A stretch of DNA of 64,000 nt from Candidatus Babeliales bacterium (lineage in GTDB: Bacteria; Babelota; Babeliae; Babelales; JBFXEV01), in NCBI GenBank assembly GCA_050179755.1, contig JBFXEV010000001.1:937994-1001993 (forward strand), read 5' to 3'. The translations under genes and the position numbers were made by a program. The notes beneath the pieces were generated by a model. It was not told where the DNA came from. It did no database searches and worked only from the letters and a program-made list of their open reading frames with translations. Shown here piece after piece: positions 1-10,150 of this stretch. Every line of letters begins with the position of its first letter. Position 1 is the first letter of the stretch.

Positions 1-1369
1 GTGTCAATAAATATGCAGCATTGATAAAGAATGCAGTGCCTGCTGGTACAGGTAGACTACCTTGAAAGAAGCTATTGAAAGTATCAATCTCTTTTACTAA
101 AATAGCCGGTGCTAATATGGGAACTAATTCAAAATCTAAACCATGTACTGGAGGCAATATACAATTACGCGTTTCAGGTTCTAGGCTCATAAATCCATCC
201 ATTTCTAAGAAGTTACTCGATAAAAAGAATGGAGATGCAGGGCCATCAGATATGGGTTCGGGGAACTTGTTTGTTCCATAATAAATTTGGCCGAAAATAT
301 GATCACATACATTTTTACCCACACCTGGTAAGTCATGGCGCAACTGTACTGGTTCAGGGGTGGTTGCAGCTAAAACGTCTGCTGGCCCAATGCCTGACTG
401 CATGAGTATTTTAGGGCTATTTACCACACCACCACAGATAATAACTTCTTTTCGTGCAAATATTTTGCGGCTTATGCCATTAACGATATATTCTACACCC
501 GTAGCTTTCTTGTTTTTATCAAGAAGTATACGAGTTACGAATGACCCAACTTTAACTTTAAGGTTTTTGCGTGTAGCAATAAATGGTCGTACGTATGCAT
601 CATATGCGCTTACACGAGTTCTAAGTTCTGTTACGGTATTTTGACCCCAAGCAAATCCTGGTTCTGTTGCAAATTGAATATCACTAAATGTTGCAAGGCC
701 TAGCCCGCCATCACTCAGACTGGCGCGCGAAAAATCTAAAAATTCGTTATGTATTGGTTTTTGTATATTAGTTTCACGCACAGGGATTGGCCCTTCAAAT
801 CCGCGACAGTCACTGGGTTCTTGGCCATCTAATAAGCCAAAGACATGTTCAGCTTTTTGTAAAAAAGGCAAGATTTCTTGATATCCCCATTGAGTTAATC
901 CCAAGTTATTTTTCCAATTGTCGTAGACAAATTTACTTCCCCAGCTCCATTGAACTGCATAGTGATTGGTGCTTCCACCAAGCATTTTACCACGCGGCCA
1001 TGCAAACAAACGTGATACTGCAGTTTCATTGGGATTAGTATTTTCAAGAGGCTTTGTCCAGAAGGACCAATCGTGTTCGGCATTGAAATAAAGGTTTGTC
1101 CAAAAAACAGGAAAAGGTATCAAAGGGTCTTTTGCGTCTTGACCAGCTTCAAGCAAACAAACAGAAAAATTGGGGTTTTCAGTTAAACGGCCTGCAAGTA
1201 CACAACCCCCAATGCCTGCACCAACTATCACAAAATCAGCTGATTCTTTGCAACATAAATTTTGTTTGCAGCTTCGTGTTTCTTGTGGCTCAGTAAAGGT
1301 GAAGGGTGAAATTAATAAACTAGTGATCATTAGTGAAAATGTCAGTTGTTTTAGAAATGCGGTGTTCAT
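1..1369 (-). CDS. GMC-family FAD oxidoreductase (choline dehydrogenase-like) with N-terminal signal peptide; 3' end runs off the window
   Basis: Not in ORF track (no stop in window). Manual translation from ATG 1369: hydrophobic leader, then DFVIVGAGIGGCVLAGRLTENPNFSVCLLEAG, GKMLGGSTNHY, NSPKILMQSGIGP, DLPGVGKNVCDH, all GMC motifs. Confidence 0.9.
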   Translation of the reverse strand, partial: MNTAFLKQLTFSLMITSLLISPFTFTEPQETRSCKQNLCCKESADFVIVGAGIGGCVLAGRLTENPNFSVCLLEAGQDAKDPLIPFPVFWTNLYFNAEHDWSFWTKPLENTNPNETAVSRLFAWPRGKMLGGSTNHYAVQWSWGSKFVYDNWKNNLGLTQWGYQEILPFLQKAEHVFGLLDGQEPSDCRGFEGPIPVRETNIQKPIHNEFLDFSRASLSDGGLGLATFSDIQFATEPGFAWGQNTVTELRTRVSAYDAYVRPFIATRKNLKVKVGSFVTRILLDKNKKATGVEYIVNGISRKIFARKEVIICGGVVNSPKILMQSGIGPADVLAATTPEPVQLRHDLPGVGKNVCDHIFGQIYYGTNKFPEPISDGPASPFFLSSNFLEMDGFMSLEPETRNCILPPVHGLDFELVPILAPAILVKEIDTFNSFFQGSLPVPAGTAFFINAAYLLT

Positions 1370-1498
1370 GACTTGCTTCCTTATTTTGTTATTTTAGTTA
1401 TTTCTATCTCACACCAATAGCCTGCTAGAAATTTTTTTTTAGTCAAATAATTTGGAAAATCATTGTGTGGGTGTTCTTAGATTTCTTTTCAGACTAAG

Positions 1499-3745
1499 TT
1501 ACATACGTTCTAAGAACGTAGCTTTTACCATTTTAAGGCCAGATTTAAATTGAGCGGAAACAAATACATCATCGCCGCGCTGCTCAATCTCTTTGACTAA
1601 TCCTACACCAAACTTAGCATGTTTGACCAATTGATTTACTTTCAGCGCGCCAGAACTAGGTTTAGGCTTTTGTGTAAAAGAAGCTACTGTTGTTGTTACT
1701 TTTTGTTGCGGCGTTGCAGTGCCAAACGTCATAACTGATGAGATAGTGTTAATACCAAGCCATTCAGCAAAGTATTGTTTAAATTGTAACGTGTTCCAGG
1801 GTGCACAATCAGTCATGCCTACCAAGTGCGTGGGCAATTCACGTATAAAGCGTGAAGGTGATTGCTCGAGCATTTGGCCATAGGTAGTGCGATAGCGCGA
1901 GTGAGATAGTAACAATCGCTCTTTAGCGCGCGTAATGCCAACATACAGCAATCTGCGTTCTTCTTCCATGTTTTCAGGCTCAAGCGTTGATCGTGTGCTG
2001 GGGAACACGCCTTCCTCCAAGCCTGGTAACATTACGGCATCAAATTCAAGCCCTTTTGCAGCATGGAGCGTCATCAGTTGTACCACTGATTCTTCTTCAG
2101 TATCTTTCGCTTGTGCTTTTTCTTGCATTAATGCAATTTCATGTAAAAAATCGCGAATAGAAGTAACACCTGTTTGTTCAAAGAAGGCGCTTGCGCGTAT
2201 AAGTTCTTTTACGTTCTCGGTACGGCTTTCTGCTTCTTTTGGATCATTAGTATCTTGCAAATAGGGCAAATAGCGTGTGGTATCAACTATTTTTTGTATT
2301 GCTTTGCTTGGAGCATCATCGGGGCTTAAGCCTTTTAAAATGCTTACAAATTGCATAAGAGTTTCAGCCTTTTTGCCTTTGACTAAACCTTCTTTAATCA
2401 TATGTTGTGCAACTTCAGCATAGACAAATAATGGTTCATGCTCCCAAATGGCATGGAACTCTTCTACAAATTTATCACCAAGACCCCGTGCTGGCGTGTT
2501 GATAGCGCGAATAAATGATACGCGGTCAAAGGGATTGGTTACCAAGCGTAAGTATGCCAAAATATCCTTAATTTCTTTACGTTCATAAAATTGTATGCCG
2601 CCAATAATTTTATACGGAATATTGTGGCGAATAAGTGCTTCTTCAAGCGAGCGTGATTGATAATGTGCGCGATACAGCACGGCAACGGTATTATTTTTAT
2701 CTTTCTTGCGCAGAGTCTCTACAAAGTTTGCAAGAATTTCACCTTCTTGATAGGCAGACATGCAGCGCAATGCGCGCACGCGGTCATTTGCTTTTCTATC
2801 AGATACTAACTTTTTAGGGTGCCGTGTGCTGTTATGAGAAATTACGGTATTGGCAGTCTGCAAAATGGGTTGCACTGAGCGATAGTTTGTTTCTATAGTA
2901 ATAGTCTCAGTTTTTTTAAAATCTTTTTTAAAATTCATAATGTTGGCAACGGTAGCGCCACGCCATGAATAGATAGATTGATCTTCATCGCCAACCGCGC
3001 ATAATGAATCGATGGCAAATGTACTTTCATCAAGCGCCATATGTTTAAGCAGTGCGTGCTGCACCAAATTAGTATCTTGATATTCATCAACGAGCAAATG
3101 ACGCACTTGATTTTGCTGTGTATATCTAAATTCTTTATTCTTGGAAAATAAATAATGCACTTTTAATAATAGATCATCAAAATCTATACATTTGCTTGCT
3201 TCTTTTTCTTTTTCATATGCTTGATAGAGCTGATAAATAAAAGGGTCTATATGGCCAATGTTTTGAGGATCTAATGCCACATGATTTTTAATGTTTGATA
3301 TTTGGTAGCCAAGTGATTTTGCTGTTAATCTTTTTTCTAAAAATGCACGTTTAATAATGCCTTGGAGCATATGTGTTTGATCATCAGCATCGAGTATAGA
3401 AAACGTGGGTAAGTCAACTAAATGCGCATAGCGGCGCAACAAAAATAAACAATACGAATGGAACGTGCCAATGAATGGTTTATCGGCACCTTTGCCAATA
3501 AACTTAATGATACGTTCTTGCATTTCCTTTGCAGCCTTATTGGTAAACGTTAGCGCAACAATTTCATGTGGAGAAACATTATGATGCACGAGCAAGTTAA
3601 CAATGCGTGCGGTGATAACTCGTGTTTTGCCAGAACCTGCGCCAGCAATAACTAAAAGCGGCCCATTCACGTGCTGGACCGCTTTTTTTTGCGCTGCGTT
3701 TAATTGTTGTTCAATAAATTGATCAAATGCTAATTTTTTTTCCAT
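1499..3745 (-). CDS. pcrA: ATP-dependent DNA helicase PcrA/UvrD
   Basis: VIAGAGSGKT, TFTNKAA, VDEYQDTN, VGDEDQSIYSWRGA, MTLHAAKGLEF, C-terminal HAKFGVG; start taken at MEKK. Confidence 0.95.
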   Translation of the reverse strand: MEKKLAFDQFIEQQLNAAQKKAVQHVNGPLLVIAGAGSGKTRVITARIVNLLVHHNVSPHEIVALTFTNKAAKEMQERIIKFIGKGADKPFIGTFHSYCLFLLRRYAHLVDLPTFSILDADDQTHMLQGIIKRAFLEKRLTAKSLGYQISNIKNHVALDPQNIGHIDPFIYQLYQAYEKEKEASKCIDFDDLLLKVHYLFSKNKEFRYTQQNQVRHLLVDEYQDTNLVQHALLKHMALDESTFAIDSLCAVGDEDQSIYSWRGATVANIMNFKKDFKKTETITIETNYRSVQPILQTANTVISHNSTRHPKKLVSDRKANDRVRALRCMSAYQEGEILANFVETLRKKDKNNTVAVLYRAHYQSRSLEEALIRHNIPYKIIGGIQFYERKEIKDILAYLRLVTNPFDRVSFIRAINTPARGLGDKFVEEFHAIWEHEPLFVYAEVAQHMIKEGLVKGKKAETLMQFVSILKGLSPDDAPSKAIQKIVDTTRYLPYLQDTNDPKEAESRTENVKELIRASAFFEQTGVTSIRDFLHEIALMQEKAQAKDTEEESVVQLMTLHAAKGLEFDAVMLPGLEEGVFPSTRSTLEPENMEEERRLLYVGITRAKERLLLSHSRYRTTYGQMLEQSPSRFIRELPTHLVGMTDCAPWNTLQFKQYFAEWLGINTISSVMTFGTATPQQKVTTTVASFTQKPKPSSGALKVNQLVKHAKFGVGLVKEIEQRGDDVFVSAQFKSGLKMVKATFLERM

Positions 3746-3820
3746 GCTGTGCAATTTTTTAGAATGTAAAATAGTTATTATGCTCAGTGTACACAATTGC
3801 CAGTCATTTGAATATTATTT

Positions 3821-4408
3821 TTAGAAGACTTCGCGTTCGTCAATGACTGTTTGATCAGCAGACGTATTATTTGCTTCAGGGCAATTGTTTAAAGTTGTAA
3901 GTAAATTAATTTGGTGTTCAATAGCGGTTTGTTCGTCTTTGTGCTCGGTAAGCGCTTGCTCTCTATCTTGTATTATTTCTGCTAATTGTGCTGCTTTTTT
4001 AGCATCTGTAAGAGCAATAGTGCGCATGGTAGGAATTGCTTTTTCAAGCGCAAGAATTTTTTTTGTTGTTTGTTTAAGTGCAGCATGCAATCCATCTAAT
4101 GTTTTTTGTTTTGACTTTCCGTATTGTTGCATTAAGAGATTGCGTTGTGCACACAGACTTTTAGCTGAATTTAATGTTTCAAGATCATGATTACCGCTTG
4201 TCAAAAATATTTCAATTTGTCGATCGAGACTTATGATTTGGGATTCAAGGGTACTTGGCGTTTGTGGTGCCTTTCGATCGGCAATAGGCTTTTCTTGAAT
4301 CATAAGTATGCTTGTATCCACTTGATCCATTGCGTTATTCAAAAAGCTTGCTAAAAATAAAAATGAAATCCATGTTAAAACTAATAAAGTATTAGAGCTG
4401 TATTTCAT
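3821..4408 (-). CDS. secreted coiled-coil hypothetical protein (signal peptide|MDQ)
   Basis: GGGAG SD before ATG 4408; hydrophobic leader ending NNA-MDQ; heptad-rich. Confidence 0.75.
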   Translation of the reverse strand: MKYSSNTLLVLTWISFLFLASFLNNAMDQVDTSILMIQEKPIADRKAPQTPSTLESQIISLDRQIEIFLTSGNHDLETLNSAKSLCAQRNLLMQQYGKSKQKTLDGLHAALKQTTKKILALEKAIPTMRTIALTDAKKAAQLAEIIQDREQALTEHKDEQTAIEHQINLLTTLNNCPEANNTSADQTVIDEREVF

Positions 4409-4443
4409 TTGATTTCTCCCTACATGTGGTAGCTCATTAAAAA

Positions 4444-4464
4444 GGGGTATGAACATCATACCCC
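4444..4464 (-). terminator. hairpin/intrinsic terminator between orphan genes
   Basis: GGGGTATG...CATACCCC stem followed by a U-tract on the minus strand. Confidence 0.5.
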
Positions 4465-4508
4465 ACTCACTATTCTTTGGTTACTATAGTCTATTTTTAA
4501 ATTATTTG

Positions 4509-5516
4509 CTACTTAAACCAGCCACGAGCTGCTTGGATTCCTTTTGCTCTAGCAAGTGCTTGATCCATTTCTTCAATTGCATTTTGCAAGGTAGTAATAT
4601 CTCGCTCTTTTTGTAGAAGTTGTGTTCTTAAATCAATTTTTATTTTTGAATCTTTTTCTTCTGGAATGGTTGCGCGAATGGCTGCAGCTTCATCAGTTAA
4701 TGTTTGTTTTTCACGTTCTTTGGCTGTGCGGCGTGCATCTAATTCCGCAATTAAAATCTCTTTTTCACGTTCTATGAGTGATCTTGTTTTAGTAACTTCT
4801 TGCATTTGTTGTTGAAGTTCACTAAGTGAATCTTTGGTTTGAGCATCTGCAGTTTGCAATGCTTCTTGATCTTTTATGAAAGGGCTAATTTCACCATTTA
4901 ATTTTGCCAAAGCTTCTTTTTTTTCTTGTGCTTCTTGTGCTCTTTTTGTTCGTTCTGCGGCAACTTTAGCAACAAGAGGAGGTTCAAGTTCTTCTCGTGA
5001 GAGATTGGCGAGTGCTGGCTCGTGCATGGCAAATTCCACAATTGCCTCATGTACGCGAGCGGCAGCAATTTTTTTACCTTTACACTTGAAGCCCTCGGTA
5101 ACTAGCGCAGTTTGTTCTTGTTGGAGCGCTTTCATTCTTGCAGTAAGAGGGTCTGTTTTTGTAGCCAATGCAAGGAGTGCAGCTGTGTGCCTTTGGCGTT
5201 CTGCTGTGAGTGTGGCTTCTTGCGCCAGTAATGGTCCAAGAATGGTTGTTTGTTCTTGTATTCTTTTTGTGCAGCCCAGTATACGGTCTGCAAGAGCCAT
5301 AGGTGTGAACGTGTGGCTCCTTACTTCTGTAAGCCATTGTTCTTCTAGAGATTTTATAGCTAGAGCTTCTTGAGCTTCCTTCCGCTGAGTTACTTTTGCG
5401 GCTATTTGCGCTGCAAAGGAGGTAGATAATTTTTTGTTGTCTTGGTCCATACTCTTTGTATGTGTTATAACTGAACCGAGCAGGATTAATGCACTATACT
5501 GTTTAAAAGAAAGCAT
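4509..5516 (-). CDS. secreted coiled-coil hypothetical protein (signal peptide|MDQ), paralog of 5581..6804
   Basis: 335 aa ORF, AAGGAG SD, hydrophobic leader, A/E/K/Q/L-rich heptads. Confidence 0.8.
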   Translation of the reverse strand: MLSFKQYSALILLGSVITHTKSMDQDNKKLSTSFAAQIAAKVTQRKEAQEALAIKSLEEQWLTEVRSHTFTPMALADRILGCTKRIQEQTTILGPLLAQEATLTAERQRHTAALLALATKTDPLTARMKALQQEQTALVTEGFKCKGKKIAAARVHEAIVEFAMHEPALANLSREELEPPLVAKVAAERTKRAQEAQEKKEALAKLNGEISPFIKDQEALQTADAQTKDSLSELQQQMQEVTKTRSLIEREKEILIAELDARRTAKEREKQTLTDEAAAIRATIPEEKDSKIKIDLRTQLLQKERDITTLQNAIEEMDQALARAKGIQAARGWFK

Positions 5517-5537
5517 GGTTAAGCTCCTTTTTTAAAA

Positions 5538-5561
5538 GAGGCCATGAGCAATCATGGCCTC
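5538..5561 (-). terminator. hairpin/intrinsic terminator
   Basis: GAGGCCATGA-4 nt-TCATGGCCTC followed by TTTT on the minus strand. Confidence 0.55.
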
Positions 5562-5580
5562 AAGTTAGCAATCTACTCTT

Positions 5581-6804
5581 CTATTTAGCACCAGAATAAT
5601 AACCAGCAAGCCATTTTGCAGTACCATAGGTCATATCTGCTTGTGCACGTGCTGTTCTAAGATTTGATATGGATTGTATTACTTGGGCAAGTTGTGCCTC
5701 GGTTGTTTTTTTGCTTTCAAGCAATGTAATCTTTGTTTCGGCATCTTTTTCAGTAGAAATTTCAGTTGTAAGATTGGCAACATCTTTTTTAAATGTTTCT
5801 CGTTGTGCTACTGCTAATTCAATAGATTGATCAAGCGCTAACAGTAATTTTTCACGGTCAGTTTGAGCAAGAATTTGTGCATTTTTTGCTTTTTCAAGTA
5901 ATTGTTCTAGTTCTGCTTGTTTTGCTTTTGTTTCTTGTTGTGCAGTTTCTACTTCTTTAAGTTGCGCAATAACAGGATTCAGCTTTTGTTCATGCGCTTG
6001 TTTTGCAACTGCAAGTACGCCAAGTTGAGTGGCAAGGGTTGCTTTTTTTCCAATTAATTTTGAAGCATAATTTGGCACTAATTCTTCACGTGTTACATCA
6101 GCAAGCGTTTGTTCATGCAGCTTTACATATTTCATTGTAGTATCCACACAACGATTGAGTGCTGCTTCTTGTTCGGCAAATTGAGCTTCTTGCGCTTGTA
6201 AATCTGCTTCATCTTGTGCAAGTTTTATAGCCTGTTCATCGAGAGGGCCTTTTACGGTCAACAAAGCAGCATGTTGTGTAGAAAGTGCTTCTTCTTTAGC
6301 TTTTAATGTAGCTTTTGCAGCGTCACGAGTTTTTTGAGTAGTTGTCTGTGCTTGGATATGGCGATCACGGCGGTGTACGCGAGCCACAATTTGATTTAAT
6401 CTGATAACTTCATCAGTAGTTTCTACTTCATCTTCAGTGCCAGATAAGTAGTCTGCTTCTAAATTTGCGTCTACTTTATCGGCGGCTGCTGTTGCTGAGT
6501 ATCTTGCCCATAATGCTTTGCGATCTGCTATTTTGCTTTTTGTCCGCGCAAGTGGATTTTCATCAGTTTCAAGAACGATTGAAGCATTACACGCTTCTAA
6601 AAGTTGTGCGCGTGTAGCTTCTGTAGGTAACCATGCTATGGTTCCTTGATGCTGTGCAACTTCAACGTTGCTTAATCTTGGTTGTAATGAGGCATATTTA
6701 TCTACAACTTCTGCAACTGGTGCAGCACCTTCAATTGGTTCCATTGCTTTTACACCAGAAACTGCTGTCGATAATAACAGAAGTGACATATAACGCTTAT
6801 TCAT
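5581..6804 (-). CDS. secreted coiled-coil hypothetical protein (signal peptide|MEP)
   Basis: 407 aa ORF, GAGGAG SD, leader ending VKA-MEP, long coiled coil. Confidence 0.8.
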   Translation of the reverse strand: MNKRYMSLLLLSTAVSGVKAMEPIEGAAPVAEVVDKYASLQPRLSNVEVAQHQGTIAWLPTEATRAQLLEACNASIVLETDENPLARTKSKIADRKALWARYSATAAADKVDANLEADYLSGTEDEVETTDEVIRLNQIVARVHRRDRHIQAQTTTQKTRDAAKATLKAKEEALSTQHAALLTVKGPLDEQAIKLAQDEADLQAQEAQFAEQEAALNRCVDTTMKYVKLHEQTLADVTREELVPNYASKLIGKKATLATQLGVLAVAKQAHEQKLNPVIAQLKEVETAQQETKAKQAELEQLLEKAKNAQILAQTDREKLLLALDQSIELAVAQRETFKKDVANLTTEISTEKDAETKITLLESKKTTEAQLAQVIQSISNLRTARAQADMTYGTAKWLAGYYSGAK

Positions 6805-7086
6805 AATAAGCTCCTCTCTTTGTAATTCTTGTACACACGGGTGTCTATAAGAATTAGGGATTTATAAGAACGGTAAGAAATCAGATCCTCCTGATCGTGA
6901 CTCCATTACTATTGTTATACTCCTTCTTTTAGAAAAAAGAAAAGGGTTGTTGGGGATTTTTCTTGTATGAATATAAGAAAGACTAATAAATGCGCCATTT
7001 TTATTGAGAAAAATTTTTTGAGTACGTGTGGATCCTTATTATGCAGGGATACGAGAGGCTTTTTTAATGGCCTCTCATGAGATTTT

Positions 7087-8193
7087 TTAATGTGCATGCC
7101 ATTTTAAGAGCGCATCACGTAATGGCTTCAGGCCTTCTTTAGTAAGGGTAGAACTTATGACATGTGGTTGATAGCTAAAAAGTTGTGCATGCAGTTCATC
7201 GGTCATTTCCACTTTGTCAGCTTTATTGAATACATAGAGTGTTTCTTTATCGATTTCAAGATCACGTAAAATGTTATGCACTATTTCTGCGTGTGATTGC
7301 CATAACGGATCAGAAAGATCTATAACGTGGAGCAGCAAGTCGGCATGTTCAAGCTCAGAAAGCGTTGATTTAAAAGCATCTATTAATTGTGGTGGTAACA
7401 TTTGAATAAAACCAACCGTGTCAGAAATTACGCCAACCTCTATGCCATTAATATTAAGCGTGCGCGTGGTAGTATCTAGCGTTGCAAACAGCTTATCTTC
7501 AGAAAGTACATCTGATTTGGTGAGCGAATTGAGCAAGCTTGATTTGCCGGCGTTGGTATAGCCAATTAAGCAAAGCTGGGGCACGCGGTTTTCAATGCGG
7601 CGTTTGCGCTGCGTGGCTCTGGTAGTTTGAATTTTTATAAGCTCTTCTTTGAGTTTTAATATTCGTTTATCAATAAGCCGTGCTTGGCGCTCTTTTAAGG
7701 TTTCTCCAGCACCGCTGCGCACGCCAATATTACCTTTTTGTTGTTCAAGCTCGTGCCCTTTACCTGCCAGGCGGGATTTTTCATGCTTAAGGCGTGCAAC
7801 CTCTACTTGTGTTTTGCCCTCGGCGGTAATTGCCGATTGCTCAAAAATATCCAAAATAAGTCGCGTGCGGTCGATCACATCAACATCGAGGATATCGGCA
7901 ATATTACGCTCTTGGAGCGCATTGAGTGGTTCCGAAATAATAATTTGTTCTATGCCCAGTTCTTCAACTTTTTGTAAAATTTCTTCAAGCTTACCTTTAG
8001 TAAAAAAGGTGGCAGAGTCGACTTCTCTTAATTTAATATAGAGCACGTCTTCATAAGGAACGCCTAACGTACGGACTAAATGGAGAAATTCTTCATAATA
8101 AGCGCCAATGTCAGGAGTTCTATTATAAGGAGCGTGTACTCCAACAAGGAGTGTGGTTGAATAGGGGCTAACTTGTTCTGCTATACGTACCAT
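7087..8193 (-). CDS. hflX: GTPase HflX
   Basis: DRTRLILDIF, GYTNAGKSSLLN, LFATLDTT, DTVGFI, NKAD. Confidence 0.95.
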   Translation of the reverse strand: MVRIAEQVSPYSTTLLVGVHAPYNRTPDIGAYYEEFLHLVRTLGVPYEDVLYIKLREVDSATFFTKGKLEEILQKVEELGIEQIIISEPLNALQERNIADILDVDVIDRTRLILDIFEQSAITAEGKTQVEVARLKHEKSRLAGKGHELEQQKGNIGVRSGAGETLKERQARLIDKRILKLKEELIKIQTTRATQRKRRIENRVPQLCLIGYTNAGKSSLLNSLTKSDVLSEDKLFATLDTTTRTLNINGIEVGVISDTVGFIQMLPPQLIDAFKSTLSELEHADLLLHVIDLSDPLWQSHAEIVHNILRDLEIDKETLYVFNKADKVEMTDELHAQLFSYQPHVISSTLTKEGLKPLRDALLKWHAH

Positions 8194-8317
8194 AGTTATT
8201 TACTTACAATCATTTTGTGATAAAAAAGCACTTTTTTAAGATGAGGGTCTTTAAATTTGTGGTATACTTGTGATGTTAGTATACACTATTTGTGATGTTT
8301 TCCTAAGGAAAAAAAGT

Positions 8318-9625
8318 ATGTTTGATTTTCTCACGAGCAAGTTTTCTTCTATTTTTCAGAAAATTACTGGTGATAGTAGGCTTACCGAAAAAAATATTGA
8401 TGGCGCACTCCAAAGCGTTCATGATGCCTTGCTAGAAGCAGATGTTCCATTTGAAGTTACCAAAGCCTTTATACAAGAACTTAAAGAAGCTGCTGTGGGG
8501 CAAAAGGTGTGGGCTGCCATGAAGCCGCATGAGCAGTTTATTAAAATTGCGCATGCCACGGTAACGCGCTTTTTGGGTGGTGTTTCTGATGAAAAACATT
8601 TTATATTTGGGCGAAACTCGCAGGTTATGGTCATGGGTCTACAAGGATCTGGTAAAACAACCACGTTGGGTAAATTGGCACATATGGTAAAATCACAGGG
8701 CTCATCTAAAATTTTACTTGCTTCAGTGGACTTTTATAGGCCAGCTGCCGTTGATCAATTGGAAATTATAAGCAAACAGGCAGGGGTTTGGTTTTACCGT
8801 GCGCGTTCAACAGATCCAGTAGAAGCTGCGCGAGAAATAGTAAAATATAAGCAAGAGAATAGATTTGACGTGTTGTTCCTTGATACTGCAGGGCGTTTGC
8901 ATGTAGATAACACTATGCTTCACGAGCTTCAAGAGATTGATCAGTTGGTTAAGCCTACGCATAAATTATTGGTGCTTGATGCTATGACTGGCCAAGAATC
9001 ATTACTGGTTGCAAAGGCGTTTGATCAGGCAGTGGGCTTTGATTCTTGTATTTTGACCAAGCTTGATAGTGATACGCGCGGTGGTGCTGCATTTGCTTTT
9101 AAGTATACTTTGGGCAAACCAGTACAATTTGTAGGGACCGGCGAGAAAGTAGAGGATCTTGAGCCTTTCAGAAGTGAACGCTTTGCCGATCGCATTTTGG
9201 GCATGGGTGACTTGCTTTCACTTGTTGAAAAAGCCAATCAAAAAATTAAAAAAGAAGAGCAGGAGCGTATGGAACGCTCATTCAAGGGGGGGCATATGAC
9301 CCTTGATGATTTTAAAGATCAGCTTGAAATGGTGAGCCGCATGGGGTCATTGACACGTCTTGCATCGTATATTCCTGGCATGGGAGCTGCTAAAATACCT
9401 CAAGAGCAGCTTGAACAAGGCGAGCGGGAAATGAAGAAATTTAAGGCTATTATTAGCTCTATGACCCGCAAAGAACGGGTGAATCATAAGATTTTACAGG
9501 GAACACGTAAAGAGCGGATTGCAAAAGGTGCTGGGGTAAGGGTGGCTGATGTAAATCAACTATTGGCTAGATTTGATCAATTGCAGCAATTTGCTAAACT
9601 AATGAAGAGGCATAAAGGTTTTTAA
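8318..9625 (+). CDS. ffh: signal recognition particle protein Ffh
   Basis: ALLEADV, GLQGSGKTT, DTAGR, TKLDSDTRGGAA, RILGMGD, M domain; start taken at MFDFL. Confidence 0.97.
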   Translation: MFDFLTSKFSSIFQKITGDSRLTEKNIDGALQSVHDALLEADVPFEVTKAFIQELKEAAVGQKVWAAMKPHEQFIKIAHATVTRFLGGVSDEKHFIFGRNSQVMVMGLQGSGKTTTLGKLAHMVKSQGSSKILLASVDFYRPAAVDQLEIISKQAGVWFYRARSTDPVEAAREIVKYKQENRFDVLFLDTAGRLHVDNTMLHELQEIDQLVKPTHKLLVLDAMTGQESLLVAKAFDQAVGFDSCILTKLDSDTRGGAAFAFKYTLGKPVQFVGTGEKVEDLEPFRSERFADRILGMGDLLSLVEKANQKIKKEEQERMERSFKGGHMTLDDFKDQLEMVSRMGSLTRLASYIPGMGAAKIPQEQLEQGEREMKKFKAIISSMTRKERVNHKILQGTRKERIAKGAGVRVADVNQLLARFDQLQQFAKLMKRHKGF

Positions 9626-9645
9626 TACTATTTTAAGGGAATTAT

Positions 9646-9894
9646 ATGGCAGTTAAGATTAGATTATCTCGTATTGGCAAAATACACGCTCCAGTGTATC
9701 GTATCGTAGCAGCTGATCAGCGCTCTAAGCGTGATGGCAAGTTTTTGGAAATTTTGGGTACTTATAACCCGCTTAAACATGAAATTGTTAAATTTGACCA
9801 AGAACGTATTAATTATTGGGTTTCTCAGGGTGCTCAATTGACTGATACTGTAAAACGTCTTCAAAAAATCAACAAATCACAAGTCGCTTCTTAA
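9646..9894 (+). CDS. rpsP: 30S ribosomal protein S16
   Basis: [11 protein letters not shown]...[14 protein letters not shown]. Confidence 0.97.
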   Translation: MAVKIRLSRIGKIHAPVYRIVAADQRSKRDGKFLEILGTYNPLKHEIVKFDQERINYWVSQGAQLTDTVKRLQKINKSQVAS

Positions 9895-9916
9895 TCATTA
9901 ACATAGCTGATAGATA

Positions 9917-10150
9917 ATGGTAAATAAACTTATACTCCATATTGTTAAAAGCATTGTTGTTGAACAAGATAAAGTTCGCGTTGAAGATCAAACAAATGGT
10001 TCAACCTATATTGTGAACATTTGGGTGGCTCAAGACGACATGAAGCGTATTATTGGTAAAGAAGGCCGTGTTATAAAAGCAATTCGTGCGCTTATCAATG
10101 CTTTATCATCAGCTGAGCAGGTTGACGTGGTGCTTGATAGTCAGGCATGA
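9917..10150 (+). CDS. khpA: KH-domain RNA-binding protein KhpA
   Basis: DMKRIIGKEGRVIKAIR; conserved position after rpsP. Confidence 0.85.
   Translation: MVNKLILHIVKSIVVEQDKVRVEDQTNGSTYIVNIWVAQDDMKRIIGKEGRVIKAIRALINALSSAEQVDVVLDSQA

Noticed and set aside
75..1397. Short plus-strand ORFs at the window start
   Set aside because: Antisense shadows of the minus-strand GMC gene that the ORF track missed
4876..5373. 165-aa plus-strand Ser/Ala/Cys-rich ORF, and similar ones at 27692, 30952 and 45690
   Set aside because: Antisense to well-supported genes; composition mirrors the sense codons; no recognisable motifs
8270..8317. N-terminal extensions in the ORF track for ffh (also pcrA, rpsN, rpoA, tatD)
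   Set aside because: Longest-ORF artefacts; downstream starts match family N-termini and the extensions lack signal-peptide structure, unlike the gap leader
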